Source of the DNA: Ignavibacteriae bacterium HGW-Ignavibacteriae-4
Lineage (GTDB): Bacteria > Bacteroidota > Ignavibacteria > Kapaibacteriales > UBA2268
NCBI GenBank assembly: GCA_002839765.1
Contig: PGYR01000003.1
Coordinates: 43,388-107,387, forward strand
Direction of reading: 5' to 3'
Length of the DNA: 64,000 bases
Position numbers and translations under genes: made by a program. Shown here in pieces: positions 19,922 through 31,436 of this stretch (position 1 is its first letter; each line of letters opens with the position of its first letter). The notes beneath the pieces are model-generated. The model saw only the letters and a list, made by a program, of their open reading frames with translations. It did no database searches and was not told the DNA's origin.

Positions 19922-21492
19922 TACTTACCCCCCTCTATTTCTTCTTGTGTATAAGGTTTACCATTATTTCGTTTCCACGCTAACCATATCATACCACATA
20001 GCGACATAAATATGGCTGTCATGAATGCTCTAGCTCCCCATCTATATGCTATATCTGCATCTTTTGCATTTTCCATCAGAAGTGTAGGTATCGCATCTTG
20101 ATAAGTCCAGAAAATTAGTATAAATATTAAATATGTTGGCGTTACATATTTGATAATGTAATAGAATATCTTAGGTATTTTGATATCCGAGCCACGATTA
20201 ATTTCTTCCCAACCTTTATCCATTCCAAATATCCATGCGAATAGAATAACTTCGAAAAGTGAAATAATAACTAGCCCAAATGTACCAGCCCAGTAATCCA
20301 TTTCCTCTAAGAAGCCATGATCTAAGTATAAGAATACGAAGTGAACTCCAATGAAAATCAATATACCAACTGCAACTGTCGCTTTTTTCAAATCAAATCT
20401 AAATTGCTCTTGCAAAAAGGATATGAGTGGTTGTGCCATTGCAACTGAGGAAGTAACCCCAGCTATAAACAGCAAAAAGAACCAAATAAAGCTAAGTACA
20501 TTACCGAATGGTATTTCTGTGAAAACAGACGCCATAGCAATAATACCAAGGTCAAATGCTCCACCCTCTGCTATTGTTTGAGTCATAGCCAAACCAAAGA
20601 AAGCAGTTGCAATTGGAATAGCAATCATACTACCAAGAACTACTTCACTAAACTCATTGATACCAGCTGTAGCCAATCCACTTAGTGCGATATCATCATC
20701 TTTGTCTAAGTAGCTAGCATAGGCCTGCAAAGTTCCCATCCCTACACTCAAGGTGAAGAACACCTGCCCCGCTGCGGCTAGCCATATTTTGGAATTCCCG
20801 AGGAGTTCAAAATTTGGTTCCCAGATATAATTAATCCCTACAAAAGCACTGAAGTCAGGTAATTCTGGATTCGGTGTACCCAAAAAGAATACCCACACAA
20901 CTAAAACTATCCCAAAACCTATTAATAACGGTACTGCTATGGTTGCAAATTTCTCAATACCACCCGATATACCTTTTGAAAGTATATAGAAATTAACGGC
21001 TAAAGTAATTAATAAGAATATATAAGCAGGCCATTGTGAGTCAAAGTACCCCTCGCCTATCCCTTGATAGGAGTAGAGGAAGGTTTTCATACTATCTAGA
21101 GTGTGAAAGTCATTGAATGTACCAATTAAGGAGAAAAAACTAAACCCGAGCGTCCATGATATAATATAAACATAATATATCATGACTAGGGTTGAGATAA
21201 GGATACCAATGGCACCGAAGTACTTTGCGACTTTATTTTTGGTAAGAGTATCGAACATACCTGGTAAACTACCATGTCCGTACTGCCCGCCTCTTCGTCC
21301 TATCGACCACTCGACCCACATTAGTGGGATTGCTAGTAAAATAAATGCAGTGAAATATGGTATCATAAATGCCCCACCACCATTCTGTGCAGCTTGTACT
21401 GGGAATCTCAAGAAGTTCCCCAACCCAACAGCATTACCTGCCATAGCAAATATTAATCCTAACCTACTGTTCCAATGCTCTCTTTCAGCCAT
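19921..21492 (-). CDS. sodium-dependent neurotransmitter:sodium symporter (NSS/SNF) family transporter, copy 1
   Basis: N-terminal REHWNSRLGLIFAMAGNAVGLGNFLRFP is the NSS signature. Polytopic. The ATG at 21492 is preferred over the TTG at 21501. Confidence 0.9.
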   Translation of the reverse strand: MAEREHWNSRLGLIFAMAGNAVGLGNFLRFPVQAAQNGGGAFMIPYFTAFILLAIPLMWVEWSIGRRGGQYGHGSLPGMFDTLTKNKVAKYFGAIGILISTLVMIYYVYIISWTLGFSFFSLIGTFNDFHTLDSMKTFLYSYQGIGEGYFDSQWPAYIFLLITLAVNFYILSKGISGGIEKFATIAVPLLIGFGIVLVVWVFFLGTPNPELPDFSAFVGINYIWEPNFELLGNSKIWLAAAGQVFFTLSVGMGTLQAYASYLDKDDDIALSGLATAGINEFSEVVLGSMIAIPIATAFFGLAMTQTIAEGGAFDLGIIAMASVFTEIPFGNVLSFIWFFLLFIAGVTSSVAMAQPLISFLQEQFRFDLKKATVAVGILIFIGVHFVFLYLDHGFLEEMDYWAGTFGLVIISLFEVILFAWIFGMDKGWEEINRGSDIKIPKIFYYIIKYVTPTYLIFILIFWTYQDAIPTLLMENAKDADIAYRWGARAFMTAIFMSLCGMIWLAWKRNNGKPYTQEEIEGGK

Positions 21493-21854
21493 ACTCTCCA
21501 AGATATTTTTATCTAATAAATAATTATTCGCGAAATAAAAACTTGAATCATAACATATAATAAGTAAAGAATAAATGTTAAAATTTTCTACTTCGCAATT
21601 CTTAATTCCTGAAGATAAAATAAATATATGACTATAAAAAAGAAATAACTAAATTGTTATTGATAATTAGCAAATACTGGAGAGACTAAGGCTCTTGTTT
21701 TAATGAAGTTGGCAAAGTTATTCTTTTTTATTTTGTACTTTGCAGAATTCTAACTTGTCCAACGGCGTATAGTTACAGAGCAGAGAACTCTGCAACTAAT
21801 TCGCATATTAAATTTCAAGATTTTTAGTAATGTCATTAAATTGAGATGATAGTA

Positions 21855-21980
21855 TTAATCATCTTCCTCATAACTAATCTTACTAGTTAAGATTTTCTTC
21901 ATCGGATATATAACTAGGAGTAGCACAAACGCCCAACCTAGCCCCATAAAGATTAGTGCTTCTGTAGATACTTGTTCCAT
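21855..21980 (-). CDS. 41-aa membrane peptide, putative NSS-transporter small subunit (MetS-like), copy 2
   Basis: My translation is MEQVSTEALIFMGLGWAFVLLLVIYPMKKILTSKISYEEDD. It has the same TAATG overlap with the upstream transporter. Confidence 0.75.
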   Translation of the reverse strand: MEQVSTEALIFMGLGWAFVLLLVIYPMKKILTSKISYEEDD

Positions 21981-23551
21981 TATTTACCTCCTTCTATTTC
22001 ATCTTGAGTGAATGCTTTTCCGTTATTACGCTTCCAAGCTAACCATATCATACTAATAAACGAAATCAATATTACGACTATAAATACTCTAGCCCCCAAT
22101 CTGTAGATAATTTCAGATTCTTTCACACCTTTAAATAATAAAATAGGTATAGCGCTATCAAAAGTCCAGAATGCAAGTATAAAGATTAAGTATGCTGGTG
22201 TTACATACTTTATTATATAGTAAAAAATTCGAGGTATTTTAATATCTGACCCTCTACTGAGCTCTTCCCATCCTTTCTTCATACCAAATACCCAAGCAAA
22301 TAAAATCACTTCGGCTAATGATACAACCACGAGGGCAAAAGTTCCTACCCAATAATCTAACTCATCTAAGAATCCATGTTCGAAGAATAAGAATACAAAA
22401 TGAACCCCTAGCAACATAAGAATACCAACAGTAATAGTGGATTTTTTCCTGTTGAATCTAAATTGCTCTTGTAAAAAGGAAATCAGAGGTTGTGCCATAG
22501 CAACTGAAGATGTTACACCGGCAACAAATAGCAGAATAAACCAAATAAAGCTCAGAATAGAACCAAATGGAATATCAGTAAATACTGATGCCATAGCCAC
22601 AATACCCAAGTTAAATGCTCCACCGGCAGCAATATCTTGAGTCATAGCAAGACCGAAGAAAGCAGTTGCTATCGGTATAGCAATCATACCGCCTATAATA
22701 ACCTCACTAAACTCATTAATACCAGCAGTAGCCAAACCGCTAAGAATAATATCATCATCTTTTTTGAGATAACTTGCATAAGCTTGAAGTGTACCCATAC
22801 CAACGCTTAAAGTGAAAAATACCTGCCCCGCGGCGGCTAACCATATATTGGAAGTAGTTAACAATGAGAAATCGGGTTTCCATATATAGTCTATACCAAC
22901 AAAAGTACTAAACTCTGGCTTCGTCGGATCAGGTGTACCTAAAAAGAAAACCCAAACAACTAGTAATAATCCAAACCCAATAAGCGTTGGTATTGCAATA
23001 GTTGCGAATTTTTCTATACCACCAGAGATTCCTTTAGAAAGTATATAGAAATTTATACCCAGAGTTATCATTAGGAAGAAATATGCCGGCCATTGTGAGG
23101 TGAAATATCCCGCACCGTTACCTTGATAAGAGTAGAGGAAAGTTTTCATAGTTTCTATATCGTGGATACCATCGAAAGTACCGATGATTGAAAAGAAACT
23201 GAAACCCAATGTCCATGATATAATATAGACATAATATACCATAACTAAAAATGAAATCAGAAGCCCTAAAGCCCCAATGTATTTGGCAACTTTGTTTTGG
23301 GTAAGAGTGTCGAACATACCAGGTAAACTACCGTGTCCGTACTGCCCACCCCTACGGCCTATTGACCACTCGACCCACATTAGAGGAATTCCGAGGAGAA
23401 GAAAGGCAATGAAATAGGGTATCATAAACGCCCCGCCACCATTCTGTGCAGCCTGTACGGGAAATCTCAAGAAATTCCCTAGCCCGACAGCATTACCTGC
23501 CATAGCAAAAATTAGACCTAACCTATTATTCCAATGCTCTCTTTCTGCCAT
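21980..23551 (-). CDS. sodium-dependent NSS/SNF family transporter, copy 2
   Basis: Close paralog of copy 1 along its whole length. The ATG at 23551 (MAEREHW) is preferred over the upstream TTG. Confidence 0.9.
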   Translation of the reverse strand: MAEREHWNNRLGLIFAMAGNAVGLGNFLRFPVQAAQNGGGAFMIPYFIAFLLLGIPLMWVEWSIGRRGGQYGHGSLPGMFDTLTQNKVAKYIGALGLLISFLVMVYYVYIISWTLGFSFFSIIGTFDGIHDIETMKTFLYSYQGNGAGYFTSQWPAYFFLMITLGINFYILSKGISGGIEKFATIAIPTLIGFGLLLVVWVFFLGTPDPTKPEFSTFVGIDYIWKPDFSLLTTSNIWLAAAGQVFFTLSVGMGTLQAYASYLKKDDDIILSGLATAGINEFSEVIIGGMIAIPIATAFFGLAMTQDIAAGGAFNLGIVAMASVFTDIPFGSILSFIWFILLFVAGVTSSVAMAQPLISFLQEQFRFNRKKSTITVGILMLLGVHFVFLFFEHGFLDELDYWVGTFALVVVSLAEVILFAWVFGMKKGWEELSRGSDIKIPRIFYYIIKYVTPAYLIFILAFWTFDSAIPILLFKGVKESEIIYRLGARVFIVVILISFISMIWLAWKRNNGKAFTQDEIEGGK

Positions 23552-23773
23552 ATTCCCCGTATTCCTTTTTATTAACAAAAATAATAATGTACGAAGTAAG
23601 AATTTGAATTAAATCACATTTTACTTAAATTATGATATCGTAAAGAGTAATTTTTACATTTCTTAATTTTTCTATAATAAATTTCTACTTGGTAAAAATT
23701 TATTGGATAAAGATAAAGTAAAAATTCAACAAACAAAACAGAAATTTTAAAATCACAATAGGATAGTTTAAAT

Positions 23774-24456
23774 ATGTTAGGATTCTTAAAATCTAATATT
23801 CTAAGCAAGTTCGTAGTGGCTATAACTGGTATAATCTTGGTGGGATTCATTATAGGTCATACCTTGGGTAATCTGCTTATATTCGCAGGCCCAGAGGCAC
23901 TCAACACTTACGCAATAGGATTAAGAGATCTAGGCCCAACTCTTTGGGTAGTTAGGATAGTACTGATAATAGCAGCTATTTTACACGTAATAACAACTAT
24001 TAATTTAGTACGTCAGAATAAGAAAATTGCTTCTGGTTACAAAGTAAGTAACTATAAAGCATCTACTTTTTCTGCGAGATTCATGGGATACGCAGGTTTG
24101 ACAATTTTGTTCTTCGTGCTATATCACCTAGCTCATTTCACACTTGGGTTCGTTGATGCTAGTACATTTAATATGGAAGCAACATTGGAGAATGGAAGAG
24201 TAGTACATGATGTTTATTCTATGGTTGTTATTGGGTTTAGAAATGTTATTGTGTCGCTATTTTACATATTAGCTGTATCGTTTTTAGGTTTACACTTAAA
24301 GCATGGTATTCATAGTATGTTCCAATCATTAGGAATACATGGTAAAAAATTCACTCCAATGATTCAGAAAGTAGCTGCAATTGTAGCTTTAATAATAGTA
24401 ATTTCTTTAATCTCAATACCAATAAGTATAATGTTAGGAATAGTTGGAGGTCAAGT

Positions 24457-24460
<4 letters not shown>
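23774..24460 (+). CDS. sdhC: succinate dehydrogenase/fumarate reductase cytochrome b subunit (b558 type)
   Basis: 228 aa with 5 predicted TM helices and conserved His residues. Overlaps sdhA by 4 nt (ATGA). Confidence 0.85.
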
Positions 24461-26370
<1,910 letters not shown>

Positions 26371-26389
26371 CAATTAAGGAGAATAGAAA

Positions 26390-27142
26390 ATGAATTTAAA
26401 ACTTCATATTTGGCGTCAGAAGAACAATAAAGCAGCAGGAGCTTTCGAGCAGTATGCTGTTAGCGATATTTCTGAAGATATGTCATTTCTTGAAATGCTA
26501 GACGTTCTTAACGAAGATTTGATAGTAGGTGGCAAAGACCCAGTAGCATTCGATCACGATTGCCGTGAGGGTATTTGTGGAGCTTGCTCTATGACTATCA
26601 ACGGTAACCCACATGGTCCTGAGAAAGCGACTACAGCTTGCCAACTTCACATGAGAAAATTCAACGATGGACAAGAGATATACATAGAGCCATTCAAAAA
26701 CAAATCATTCCCAGTTATAAGGGATTTGGTTGTGGACAGAAGCGCCCTAGACAGAATCATAGAGTCAGGTGGATATATAAGTATCAAAACTGGTTCGGCA
26801 CCAGACGCTAATGATATAGCTGTACCAAAGGCAAAATCAGATGTAGCTATGGATGCTGCGGCTTGTATAGGTTGCGGTGCGTGTGTGGCGGCTTGCCCTA
26901 ACGGAGCAGCTATGCTATTCACTTCTGCCAAATTGAAGCACCTAAACGTGCTACCACAAGGACAAGCAGAGAAGAAAAAGCGTACAATAGCAATGGTAGA
27001 ACAAATGGACAAAGAAGGATTTGGCTCATGTACTAATCACTACGAATGTGAGGCGGCATGTCCTAAGTCAATATCTGTTGAGTTCATATCAGAGATGAAT
27101 TTCGAATATGCAAAAGCAAGAGCAACTGCATACAGAGACTAA
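26390..27142 (+). CDS. sdhB: succinate dehydrogenase/fumarate reductase iron-sulfur subunit
   Basis: 250 aa. Three Cys clusters: [21 protein letters not shown] and [12 protein letters not shown]. Confidence 0.95.
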   Translation: MNLKLHIWRQKNNKAAGAFEQYAVSDISEDMSFLEMLDVLNEDLIVGGKDPVAFDHDCREGICGACSMTINGNPHGPEKATTACQLHMRKFNDGQEIYIEPFKNKSFPVIRDLVVDRSALDRIIESGGYISIKTGSAPDANDIAVPKAKSDVAMDAAACIGCGACVAACPNGAAMLFTSAKLKHLNVLPQGQAEKKKRTIAMVEQMDKEGFGSCTNHYECEAACPKSISVEFISEMNFEYAKARATAYRD

Positions 27143-27230
27143 GCACTAGTACATAGATTATATTCTAAAAAGACCTCGGACATTGTTCGAGGTTTTTTGT
27201 GGGGTAGTGTGAGGATTTTCTTATATTTGG
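27143..27230 (+). repeat. cassette junction module copy 1 (terminator hairpin + promoter-like box)
   Basis: ACATAGATTATATTCTAAAAAGACCTCGGACATTGTTCGAGGTTTTTTGTGGGGTAGTGTGAGGATTTTCTTATATTTGG. Hairpin at 27172-27192, T-tract at 27193-27198, TTTG at 27196-27199 and TATATTTG at 27222-27229. Confidence 0.9.
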
Positions 27231-27258
27231 ATTGATTTAACTAACTAGATGACACGAT

Positions 27259-27918
27259 ATGAGAATAATATTACTTCTTGGAATTCTAACATTATTAGGA
27301 TTTAAAGATAATTCTGTCCCTACTAACCCTTCTTTTGAAGAGCAATTTCAAATATTTAGAGATTTGGAGTTCGAACTAAATGAGGGTACTGACAAAACTG
27401 ATCTTGCAAGATGGGAAGAACAGGAGTTTTTAGATGAACCGTTTTCATTAATGTATCTGACATTTGGACAAACTCTTGAACGTGAACCTTGGACACCTTT
27501 AAGTGATAAGTGTTGGGATTTTGATACTGAAGCCATTTATGATAATGGATCTTATATAGAAATTATAAAAAATCTTGAAAGAATTACAAGAGGTGAATTA
27601 GTTTTTGAAGATGTAAAAGATTATGTAAATATAGAAGAGAAGAAAGCGTGGGTATCATTTTCATTGGGTAGTGAAAATTACAAATGGAACTTGAAGATTG
27701 ATGATGACTGGGTTGACACAGATTTATTTATAAAAATTGTGGAATTGACAGATAAAGTCAAGTCAAAAGGTAGATACACATATTTTGATGCAAAAGGCCA
27801 AAATTCAGTGATTGGATATGAGACACTAGAGAGTTTAAGAGGGATAAGATATAAAACTGGTTTGAAAATAGAATGGTTAAATAAAAACTTAGAAAAAACA
27901 ATTGAATACAGATACTAA
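27259..27918 (+). CDS. hypothetical secreted protein (cassette 1)
   Basis: 219 aa with an N-terminal signal-like segment and no motif I recognise. Its last ~15 nt (ATACAGATACTAAGC) nearly match the end of sdhB (ATACAGAGACTAAGC). Confidence 0.65.
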   Translation: MRIILLLGILTLLGFKDNSVPTNPSFEEQFQIFRDLEFELNEGTDKTDLARWEEQEFLDEPFSLMYLTFGQTLEREPWTPLSDKCWDFDTEAIYDNGSYIEIIKNLERITRGELVFEDVKDYVNIEEKKAWVSFSLGSENYKWNLKIDDDWVDTDLFIKIVELTDKVKSKGRYTYFDAKGQNSVIGYETLESLRGIRYKTGLKIEWLNKNLEKTIEYRY

Positions 27919-27990
27919 GCTCAGTAACATAGATTATATTTTTACAAAGACCTCGGGTTATGTTCGAGTTTTTTTTGTGGGGTAGAGTGA
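27919..27990 (+). repeat. cassette junction module copy 2
   Basis: AACATAGATTATATTTTTACAAAGACCTCGGGTTATGTTCGAGTTTTTTTTGTGGGGTAGAGTGA. Confidence 0.9.
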
Positions 27991-28092
27991 AACAAGTTGA
28001 ATATTAAAGTATGAATTTATCTTTGAAATAATATAGGACAGATTACTATATTAATTATTCCAATAATACTATTTATCAATATTTATAGACCT

Positions 28093-29166
28093 ATGAGCAA
28101 ATCTCTTTCAAACACAAAATTCTATTCACAAGTCGTTGATTTATTACAATCCGCAAAACAGCAAGTTGTTCGAACTGTTAACCAGACTATGGTTATTACC
28201 TATTTTGAGATAGGAAGAATGTTAGTCGAAGAAGAACAAAATGGCAATGAACGTGCTGAATATGGGAAAAAGGTTGTCAAAGAACTGTCGAAACTATTGA
28301 CTTTAAATTTTGGGAAGGGATTCTCCGTTAGGAATATTGAACAAATGAGACAATTTTATATTGTTTATTCAATACCGCAGACAGTGTCTGCGGTATTGAA
28401 AGATGGGAAATCGCAGACGGTGTCTGCGGTATTTGAAAGTATGAATTCCGAGACACTGTCTCAAAAATTCAACTTAAGTTGGTCCCATTACCTAAAACTA
28501 ATGAGAATTGATGATGAAAATGAAAGGAAGTTCTATGAAATAGAAGCACATAAGAACAACTGGAGTGTAAGAGAGTTTCAACGTCAATATGACTCAGCAT
28601 TATATACAAGATTGGTATTGAGTAGAGATAAAGATAAGGTTCTTGAATTATCGGAGAAAGGGTTAATACTCGAAAAGCCAAAAGATGCAATAAAAGACCC
28701 ATATATACTTGAATTTCTAGGTTTACCAGAGCATTCGAATTATTCAGAGAGTGAACTTGAGCAAGAGTTAATTAATAAACTTGAGAATTTTTTACTAGAA
28801 TTGGGCAACGGTTTTACATTTGTAGCAAGACAAAAACGAATCTCCTTCGAAGAAAAGCATTTTAGAATTGATTTGGTTTTCTATAATCGAATTCTAAATT
28901 GTTTCGTTCTAATAGATCTAAAAATTGGAGAACTAAAGCATCAGGATCTTGGGCAGATGCAAATGTACGTAAATTACTATGACCGAGAGATAAAGCTTGA
29001 TAACGAGAATAAAACGATTGGAATTGTTCTCTGTAAAGATAAAAGTAACTCCGTTGTTGAATATACTCTACCAGAGCACAATGAAAATATTTTTGCAAGT
29101 AAGTACCAAACCGTACTACCAAGTAAGGAAGAGTTGAAATTAATTATTAACGAACAGGAAAAGTGA
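28093..29166 (+). CDS. YhcG-like PD-(D/E)XK nuclease domain protein (DUF1016 family)
   Basis: 357 aa. N-terminus (QVV.TVN..MV..YF.IGR.L) and C-terminal core (IDLVFYNR..NCFVLIDLKIGELKHQDLGQMQMYVNYY) match the DUF1016/YhcG pattern. Confidence 0.75.
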   Translation: MSKSLSNTKFYSQVVDLLQSAKQQVVRTVNQTMVITYFEIGRMLVEEEQNGNERAEYGKKVVKELSKLLTLNFGKGFSVRNIEQMRQFYIVYSIPQTVSAVLKDGKSQTVSAVFESMNSETLSQKFNLSWSHYLKLMRIDDENERKFYEIEAHKNNWSVREFQRQYDSALYTRLVLSRDKDKVLELSEKGLILEKPKDAIKDPYILEFLGLPEHSNYSESELEQELINKLENFLLELGNGFTFVARQKRISFEEKHFRIDLVFYNRILNCFVLIDLKIGELKHQDLGQMQMYVNYYDREIKLDNENKTIGIVLCKDKSNSVVEYTLPEHNENIFASKYQTVLPSKEELKLIINEQEK

Positions 29167-29234
29167 GACTAGTAGAAACGACCTAGATTATATTTTTAAA
29201 AAGACCTCAGATTATGTTCGAGGTCTTTTTTGTA
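29167..29234 (+). repeat. cassette junction module copy 3
   Basis: GACTAGTAGAAACGACCTAGATTATATTTTTAAAAAGACCTCAGATTATGTTCGAGGTCTTTTTTGTA. Confidence 0.9.
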
Positions 29235-29351
29235 TTTAAAATAAAAAATTCTATAAATAGCCCGGATTTTGATATATTCCTATAAATGGGCAGCATAATA
29301 TAATTTTTCTGCTGTTGGATAATCAAAAATAGATAGTCTCAATTGGGAAAT

Positions 29352-29858
29352 ATGAAAGAAGAAATACAAAATTATCGGAATAATATTCAGGAATTTATTT
29401 CCACCGTGATAAATAAAAGGTTAGACAGAATTTCATTTCTTCTTGATTTAAATCCAACTTTCGAATTAGATGATGTTCCATTTCAGTTCAAATATGCTCA
29501 CTCAATTTGTTTTCATATAGAAGAAATAAATTATTTACTCAGTACATCACAAACATCTTTAGGGATTGAAACATTTTGGATTAAACAAATTCATAACCTA
29601 GATGATATAGGGAAATCAGACTTCACAGCAGAAATTAATGAACGAATTGAAAAGATTGAAGTAAAAGAAGGTATAGAGCCTTATTACTACAAAATCGAAA
29701 TTGAGACAGAAAAGAAGAAATGGTGGTTTATTGCTGGTGAAATATACGATACACACAAAGGAAAACTTGACTACAAGTTTAATGATGAAATGATCCTTGC
29801 TTTTAGCAATCTTCTGGAAGTAAATAAATATGAAGAAATAATAAATGACATAAAATAA
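29352..29858 (+). CDS. hypothetical cytoplasmic protein (cassette 3)
   Basis: About 168 aa from the ATG at 29352. No recognisable motif and no signal peptide. Confidence 0.6.
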   Translation: MKEEIQNYRNNIQEFISTVINKRLDRISFLLDLNPTFELDDVPFQFKYAHSICFHIEEINYLLSTSQTSLGIETFWIKQIHNLDDIGKSDFTAEINERIEKIEVKEGIEPYYYKIEIETEKKKWWFIAGEIYDTHKGKLDYKFNDEMILAFSNLLEVNKYEEIINDIK

Positions 29859-29870
29859 AACATACACAGG

Positions 29871-29940
29871 CTACGCTCTAACAACATAGATTATATTTTT
29901 AAAAAGACCTCGGGCATTGTTCGAGGTTTTTTTTGTGTGT
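29871..29940 (+). repeat. cassette junction module copy 4
   Basis: CTACGCTCTAACAACATAGATTATATTTTTAAAAAGACCTCGGGCATTGTTCGAGGTTTTTTTTGTGTGT. Confidence 0.9.
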
Positions 29941-30037
29941 ATTTCAACCTTTTATTATAAACGTTCGTATGTATTTAAATGCTAGCAATAATTTCTAACT
30001 AAGAAATAACTATCCTTATAAATATCAAAATACAAAT

Positions 30038-30847
30038 ATGCTTAATACTATAAAAACCAGAACTTTTTTACTGCTTGTAATATTTATTTTTACTCTCATA
30101 AGTTGTACAAATAAAAACAAGTCAAGTGAATCAAACTCAAAAACTAAAATCGAAGAGAAAGTAAAAAAGATATTATTCGTAGTGACAAGTCATAACGAAA
30201 AAGGGAACACAGGAAAAAAGACAGGATACTATCTAGGAGAAGTATCTCATCCGTGGGAAGTATTACATTCTGCTGGATATGAAATAGATTTTGTTAGTCC
30301 AAAAGGAGGTAAAGCACCTGTAGATGCTTTTGATATGGATGATTCTATAAATAAAAAGTTTTGGGATAATGACTTATATCGCAATAAGATTGAAAATACA
30401 AAAAAGCCAAATGAAGTAAATCCTGATGATTATATAGCAATTCATTTTGCAGGAGGTCACGGAGCTATGTGGGATTTTGCAGACAATAAAGAAATTGCAA
30501 AAATAGCAACTAAGATTTATGAAAATAATGGTATCGTAAGTGCTGTATGCCACGGCCCAGCAGGACTTGTAAATATTAAATTGAGCAATGGATCCTACCT
30601 AGTAGACGGTAAGAAAATAAACTCATTTACAAATGAAGAAGAAGTAAAAGTAAAACTAGAAAATGTAGTTCCATTTATGTTAGAAGATAAATTAAAGGAG
30701 CGAGGTGCTATATTTGAGAAGACTACACCATTTAATGAGTACGTGGTTGTAGATCAACGATTAGTTACAGGTCAGAATCCACAATCAGCGGGTAAAGTTG
30801 GTATTGCTACTTTAAATGAATTACAAAAATTAAAAAGAAGTCACTAA
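30038..30847 (+). CDS. DJ-1/PfpI-family (type 1 glutamine amidotransferase-like) lipoprotein
   Basis: 269 aa. Lipobox (LISCTN), nucleophile elbow AVCHGPAGL and a GGHG motif. Confidence 0.75.
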   Translation: MLNTIKTRTFLLLVIFIFTLISCTNKNKSSESNSKTKIEEKVKKILFVVTSHNEKGNTGKKTGYYLGEVSHPWEVLHSAGYEIDFVSPKGGKAPVDAFDMDDSINKKFWDNDLYRNKIENTKKPNEVNPDDYIAIHFAGGHGAMWDFADNKEIAKIATKIYENNGIVSAVCHGPAGLVNIKLSNGSYLVDGKKINSFTNEEEVKVKLENVVPFMLEDKLKERGAIFEKTTPFNEYVVVDQRLVTGQNPQSAGKVGIATLNELQKLKRSH

Positions 30848-31246
30848 ATGCCTGGTGAAACTAATTTATCAGTACTAATAAAAGGAATGACGCCAAAACT
30901 TAATGCAGGAGAATATGTCTTTTCCACAGTAAAAGATATTAGTATAATTGACCGAAAAGATACCATCTGTGAGTTTAAAGAAAAGGAAGGAACAACTATA
31001 ATAATTGGGAAAGAGATAGCAGACAGGCTAAACTTGAATTATGAATATATTGCTTCTTGGATTACACTTATGATTCACTCTTCTCTTGATGCTGTAGGTT
31101 TAACAGCAATTATTTCAAAGGAACTAGCAAAAATTGACATTAGCTGCAACGTAATTGCTGGGTATTATCATGACCATATCTTCGTTGATAAAAAAGACTC
31201 AGCCAAAGCAATTAAAATTTTGATGGAATTATCTAACAATTACTAG
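30848..31246 (+). CDS. ACT-domain-containing protein
   Basis: 132 aa. The pattern [22 protein letters not shown] fits small ACT-domain proteins. Starts directly after the DJ-1 stop (TAAATG). Confidence 0.55.
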   Translation: MPGETNLSVLIKGMTPKLNAGEYVFSTVKDISIIDRKDTICEFKEKEGTTIIIGKEIADRLNLNYEYIASWITLMIHSSLDAVGLTAIISKELAKIDISCNVIAGYYHDHIFVDKKDSAKAIKILMELSNNY

Positions 31247-31436
31247 AAAACTGCTGCTAAGAGACATGCTCCCTTTAGATTAGCCAAAGTATTTTTTGTA
31301 ATACAAGTTCACCTATAGGCTTTATCTTTATAGCAATGTATAATTAGGTTAATGCAACTCTTTCGCTTCCTAATTACTACAGATATATTGCCCCCTGGGG
31401 CATTTCTAGGAAAATAAAAGATTACTTTTTATGAAT

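Noticed and set aside
21660-21720. Glycine-riboswitch-like string (CTGGAGAG ... GAAGTTGGCAA) in the 350-nt spacer between the two NSS operons
   Set aside because: It lies on the plus strand while both flanking operons are on the minus strand. It also lacks the CACCGAAGGGGCAA and CTCAGGCAAAAGGAC cores. I could not assign any convincing structure to the spacer (21502-21854).
26647-27012. 121-aa minus-strand ORF inside sdhB, and similar antisense ORFs (21182-21523, 46496-46813, 57706-58059, 12922-13233 and others)
   Set aside because: All are embedded antisense in genes with strong motif support. They are typical shadow ORFs.
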